A stretch of DNA of 37,517 nucleotides, from the IMG/VR virus record IMGVR_UViG_3300037043_000397, positions 1-37,517 of that record; one strand, written 5' to 3'. Position 1 is the first letter of the stretch; each line of letters starts with the position of its first letter. The translations under genes were made by a program, and so were the position numbers. Under the pieces are notes generated by a model, which was given only the letters and a program-made list of their open reading frames with translations, did not search any database and was not told where the DNA came from. The DNA is from a virus. Lineage: Duplodnaviria > Caudoviricetes. This document shows, piece by piece, positions 34,701 to 37,517 of the stretch.

Positions 34701-35630
34701 AGCCGCAGCAGCACCGAGCCAGCCACACCATCGCCTTCGGCGGGTGTGCCTGCCGGCTGGTATTCCACCGTGTCTGCCGTGCCGGGTGGGGCCGACCCGC
34801 TGTGGTCGAGCTTCGGAGAGCGCGCGTCCATCAGCGCCAACTGGGTGTGGCAGGCGCCTGTGCGCGTGCAGGGTGTGGACGGTGCCGCAGGCGCCACGGG
34901 TGCCACCGGTGCCACGGGCGCCACGGGTGCAGCGGCGGTCTCCGCCGGCGTCGACCGCGTGAGCGTGGTGCTGGCCGCCGACAGCACCGGCCTGGTGAAC
35001 GGCGGCGAACTGCCCGTCACGGTGACGGCCTACGCCAAGCTGGGCGCCACGGTGGACACGACCAACTGGACATGGGTGCGCGGCAGCACCAGCGGCATCA
35101 CCACCACCATCAGCGGCGCCGCAGTGACCATCACGGCAATGGACCCGGCGCTGGACAGTGGCATCGTCACCATCATCGGCAGCAAGGCCGGCCAGGCCGA
35201 CATCGAGCTTGTGGTGCCCGTCACCAAAGCCAAGTCACTGTTGCCGGCCACCGGGCCGCGTGACTTTGGCGGCTACACAAACGCAGTGCGTCTGTTCACG
35301 GGCACGCCGGCCACGGCAGAGCTGCTGCTGACGACTGCCGGGGCCGTGCGGGACCGAGTCAACGGCGGCAGCTACACGACGCGCGGCGTCTGGTATCAGG
35401 GCACGGTCTCGGGCAGCTACAGCGTGCGCGCCGAGCTGACCGGGAGTGCGCTGTCCAGCGGCACGCTGGGCACCTGGCAGGCGCTGTCGTCCGACCGCGC
35501 ATGGGCGATCTCGCAGCCGGCAATGACGGGCGAGAAGGACACGCTGCTGCGGCTGTCGATCCGCAACGACAGCACGGGCGACATCGTCGCGCTCGGCACG
35601 TGGAACCTCAACGCGGTGTACGAAGCGTGA
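31791..35630 (+). CDS. Central tail tip/fibre protein (gpJ-like) with repeated domains and collagen-like linkers
   Basis: VPVTYG, LAGYAY, G.RLYDPR, W.WSD.P.L..AD, GDIIEVTH, EHDPA.Y; internal repeats. Confidence 0.88.
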   Translation: MAVTNLVTGGLTIPPAAALNTVAQPRGLAAAGARSLVPVTYGVDRQPALILNVLPKAGDANTLLVQCLWGHALHAVDELRLNDQALPSGSTVTTYTGSQGTADADLVAAFAAQGITYTDTLAGYAYSVLAMPTRSFEGQLNVSARLYGRRLYDPRKDSTAGGSGSHRLADPATWEWSDCPSLALADWAGNTLYGAGEGVLWSSVPAAADANDATVGAPPEKRRLLGVTLARDGVSLAAVAETLRAYAGCWLVPTAGGLRLLPDADAAPVAAYSHAAGQIKALEALNLRDLGNVPTAVEILYTDTTQVPWREMPALATLPGAGTTRPWRLSSVAMPGVQRYSQAYREAVERLNKLNLGDLSFPLEVFDQGIVHDTGDIIEVTHPVGLSAKPMRVTDVEMVAHGRWRLAVTEHDPAAYSDEVQTAPSIPDTNRVAAGGPASQVAGFAGTVSKGRIAWVWTPCTDADYGATELRAADADWGLPSPAPAFRGAANTHGQVVTAPGTYTLYAKHFGVRGNASATAVQASVVVAAGDLVQDGADGPPGADGAPGTAGVDGAPGTSVAEINVYLRSSSAPPAPTGGSFNFGSQVLTPPSGWSVGVPAGTDPVYVARGLATTGTPGATVTPTWGSAAAAFSDGQAVDVIFRRSAGEPATPGASPGVPAGWYSTVAAVPAGAEPLWSSFGERTAPGANWAWQAPVRVQGVDGAAGPQGPQGVAGSAGTSVAEVNVYLRATSTPTTPTGGSFDFSSQVLTPPSGWSVGVPAGTDPVYVARGIATTATPGATVTPSWGSAAAAFADGQAVDAIFRRSAGEPSTPAPSSGTPAGWYSSVSAVPAGADPLWSSFGKRPAPAANWTWETPVQVQGQDGAAGPAGAQGPQGPQGVAGTAGTSVAEINVYIRSSSAPPAPTGGTFDFGSLVLTPPVGWSVGVPAGTDPVYVARGFAFTGTPGAAVTPSWGSPAVAFADGQAVDVIFSRSSTEPATPSPSAGVPAGWYSTVSAVPGGADPLWSSFGERASISANWVWQAPVRVQGVDGAAGATGATGATGATGAAAVSAGVDRVSVVLAADSTGLVNGGELPVTVTAYAKLGATVDTTNWTWVRGSTSGITTTISGAAVTITAMDPALDSGIVTIIGSKAGQADIELVVPVTKAKSLLPATGPRDFGGYTNAVRLFTGTPATAELLLTTAGAVRDRVNGGSYTTRGVWYQGTVSGSYSVRAELTGSALSSGTLGTWQALSSDRAWAISQPAMTGEKDTLLRLSIRNDSTGDIVALGTWNLNAVYEA
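33459..34874 (+). repeat. Three tandem coding repeats in the tail fibre gene
   Basis: Units start at 33459, 33942 and 34443 (periods 483 and 501 bp), GTSVAE.NVY.R...W.W..PV.VQG, joined by Gly-X-Y runs. Confidence 0.92.
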
Positions 35631-36022
35631 CCGTCAGCACCGCCATCGCGAAGATCCGCGCCCAGCGCGCGATCGACGCCGCCGCCGGCGAGGCGCGCCT
35701 GCGCTACATCACCGACGTGCCCGGCCAGCAGGCCGTGTACCTCGTCAAGCGCGAGCAGGCCGCCGCCTACCTGGCCGCGCATGCGCTGGATGCGCAGGCC
35801 TCGGTGCCGCCCTACATCGCGGCCGAGGCCACAGCGCTCGGCATCACGCCCGCCGTTCTTGCCGCCGAGGTCGTAGCCATCGCCACACTGTGGCAGGACA
35901 CCCTCAGCCCCGCCATCGAGGCCGCACGCATCGGCGGCAAGTCCGCCGTGAGCGCCTCCGAAGACCTGGCCGGCGTGGAAGCCGCGCGCGATGCGGCAGT
36001 GGCGGCCCTGGGCGCGATCTGA
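35627..36022 (+). CDS. Tail-fibre-associated/assembly protein
   Basis: IDAAAGEAR.RYIT..PGQ...Y..K..QA, PYIAAEA, IEA.R..GK; GTGA overlap. Confidence 0.7.
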   Translation: MTVSTAIAKIRAQRAIDAAAGEARLRYITDVPGQQAVYLVKREQAAAYLAAHALDAQASVPPYIAAEATALGITPAVLAAEVVAIATLWQDTLSPAIEAARIGGKSAVSASEDLAGVEAARDAAVAALGAI

Positions 36023-36073
36023 GTGGCCGTGCAGACGCCTGAAGTCGGACCCCATGATTCTCTGGAGAAGCCA

Positions 36074-36517
36074 ATGATCCGCGTCGCGTTCCGATACGGT
36101 GACCCCCACCCGTTCTCGCGCCTGGTCTGTTGGTGGCGCGGTGGCGACACCGCACACTGCGAGGTGGCCGCTTGGTGCGCGCAGGCCGATCGTCCTCACC
36201 TGCACCTGTGCATCTCGGCATCCTGGCACGACGGTGCCGTGCGTCACAAGCTGATCGATCTCGATCCGACGACATGGCGCATCTACGACATGTTCTCGGT
36301 CGGGGTCGAGCCGACTGTATGGCTCATACACCACGACGGCGAGAAGTGCGACCGGCTAGGTCTGCTGGGCTTCGTGATCCGCAGGAACCGCAGGAGGCGC
36401 AAAGCGTGGTTCAGCGCCGAGGTTGCCGCCGACATCTTGGGGTTCTCTGAGCCGCACGCCTTCGATGTGCGCAGGCTCGAACTCATTTGCAAGCGCTACG
36501 GCACGAGGGTTCAGTGA
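36074..36517 (+). CDS. Permuted papain-like (NlpC/P60, YaeF/YiiX-type) protein, possibly inactive
   Basis: HCE motif, S...DG.VR.K.I, G.K.D.LG, and WFSAE where this family usually has WFCSE; GGAG SD. Confidence 0.65.
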   Translation: MIRVAFRYGDPHPFSRLVCWWRGGDTAHCEVAAWCAQADRPHLHLCISASWHDGAVRHKLIDLDPTTWRIYDMFSVGVEPTVWLIHHDGEKCDRLGLLGFVIRRNRRRRKAWFSAEVAADILGFSEPHAFDVRRLELICKRYGTRVQ

Positions 36518-36906
36518 TGCGCCGCCGCGTGATCAGCCTGCTCCTGGCGCTGCAGGCCGCCGCCGCACTGGCGGCCGACAAAGACCCGCTGGATTACCCG
36601 CTGCGGCAGTACGCGGCGTTGCTGGGCGTGGCGTTGCTCGGCGGCCTGGTCAGCTTCTACGCCAAGGTGAAGGCCGGGCACATCGAGCGCTGGAACGTGA
36701 TGCACCTCATCGGTGAGCTGACCACCAGCGCCTTTGCCGGGTTGCTGTGCTTCTGGCTGGCCGAGAGCGCTGGCTTGCCGCAGCTGCTGACGATATGCCT
36801 GGTCGGCGTGGCCGGGCACATGGGCGCGCGCGCCATTGCGCTGTTTGAGGCGTGGGCGCAGCGGCGATTCAACGGCACGACTACATCACAGGGAGAGCAG
36901 CGATGA
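36517..36906 (+). CDS. Holin (LydA-like)
   Basis: DP..Y.......LLGG.VSF, GEL.TSAFAGL, GVAGHMGARAI; several TM segments. Confidence 0.88.
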   Translation: MRRRVISLLLALQAAAALAADKDPLDYPLRQYAALLGVALLGGLVSFYAKVKAGHIERWNVMHLIGELTTSAFAGLLCFWLAESAGLPQLLTICLVGVAGHMGARAIALFEAWAQRRFNGTTTSQGEQR

Positions 36907-37517
36907 TCACTGTGGCCAGACTGATCTCGGCCGGCATCGGCCCGACCCAGGCCCGCATCTTTGCCGAGCCGCTGGCCGCCGCGTGCGCCCGGTTCGCCAT
37001 CCACACGCCGGCGCGGATCGGCGCCTTCCTGGGGCAGTGCGCGCTGGAGTCGGCCGCGTTCACGCGGCTCGAGGAGAACCTGCACTACACCACGCCCGAG
37101 CGCATCCGCGCGGTGTTCCCTTCGCGTGTGAAGAGCCTGGCCGACGCCGCGCGGCTGACGCGCAATCCGCAGGCGCTGGCCAACGTGGTCTACGCGGGCC
37201 GTCTGGGCAATGGCGACGAGCTCAGCGGCGACGGGTGGCGCTATCGCGGTCGCGGCCTGGTGCAGCTGACCGGCAAGGCCAACTACATCGACGCCGCCGA
37301 CGGGCTGGCGCTGCCGCTGGTGACCAACCCCGATCTGGCTGCCTCGCCGGTCACGGCGTGCATGACGGCTGCATGGTACTGGCACACGCACAAGCTCAAC
37401 GTTCTGGCGGACTCCGCGCAGTGGGACTCGATCACCCGCGCCGTCAACGGCCCGGCCATGCTGCATGCCGATGCGCGCCGGCAGTTCATGCAAGAGGCTG
37501 TCGCGGTGTTCGCGTGA
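36903..37517 (+). CDS. Endolysin, glycoside hydrolase family 19
   Basis: AFLGQ..LES, ENL.Y, AN.VY..RLGN, GDGWRYRGRGLVQLTGK.NY, AAWYW, IT..VNG. Confidence 0.93.
   Translation: MITVARLISAGIGPTQARIFAEPLAAACARFAIHTPARIGAFLGQCALESAAFTRLEENLHYTTPERIRAVFPSRVKSLADAARLTRNPQALANVVYAGRLGNGDELSGDGWRYRGRGLVQLTGKANYIDAADGLALPLVTNPDLAASPVTACMTAAWYWHTHKLNVLADSAQWDSITRAVNGPAMLHADARRQFMQEAVAVFA

Larger units (their letters stand above)
1..37517. mobile_element. Temperate siphovirus-type prophage (HK97-like head, lambda-like tail), partial; includes an integron at the left end
   Basis: Contiguous, syntenic early/immunity/replication/packaging/head/tail/lysis genes. No att ends are visible and the window is cut at gene boundaries. 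Confidence 0.95.

Noticed and set aside
33459-34874. Long repeats as a CRISPR array or DGR TR/VR pair
   Set aside because: They are in-frame coding repeats with no spacers, and the differences are not confined to adenines.

Overview
High-GC window that is almost entirely a temperate, long-tailed lambda/HK97-like prophage. The gene set looks Betaproteobacterial (Burkholderiales-like); this is an inference. Both prophage ends lie outside the window. Gene order: leftward early arm (AlpA/Xis-like, ParB with an H-NS-type C-terminal domain, dNMP kinase, DUF1566 protein), immunity region (cI/cro, operators), CII-like regulator, TOPRIM-VirE primase/helicase, Q-like antiterminator, HNH/cos, terminase, portal, protease, HK97 capsid, an inserted block with a PhoD-like phosphatase, neck and tail genes, holin and GH19 endolysin. 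The standout is at the left end: a complete integron sits directly after the phage xis-like gene. It has an intact IntI (1..1047), an attI-like site (crossover G1093/T1094) and one cassette (1094..1669) closed by a textbook attC (1575..1675). The cassette gene is inverted relative to its attC, so xis, cassette gene and intI all read in the direction of the phage leftward early transcript. This suggests a phage-operated integron for capturing accessory genes. Secondary oddities are a DGR-like variable region with no RT/TR in the window, a repressor with substituted protease residues, a 23-bp motif shared by both early operons and a hydrophobic capsid leader. All product calls come from motif recognition, not database searches.
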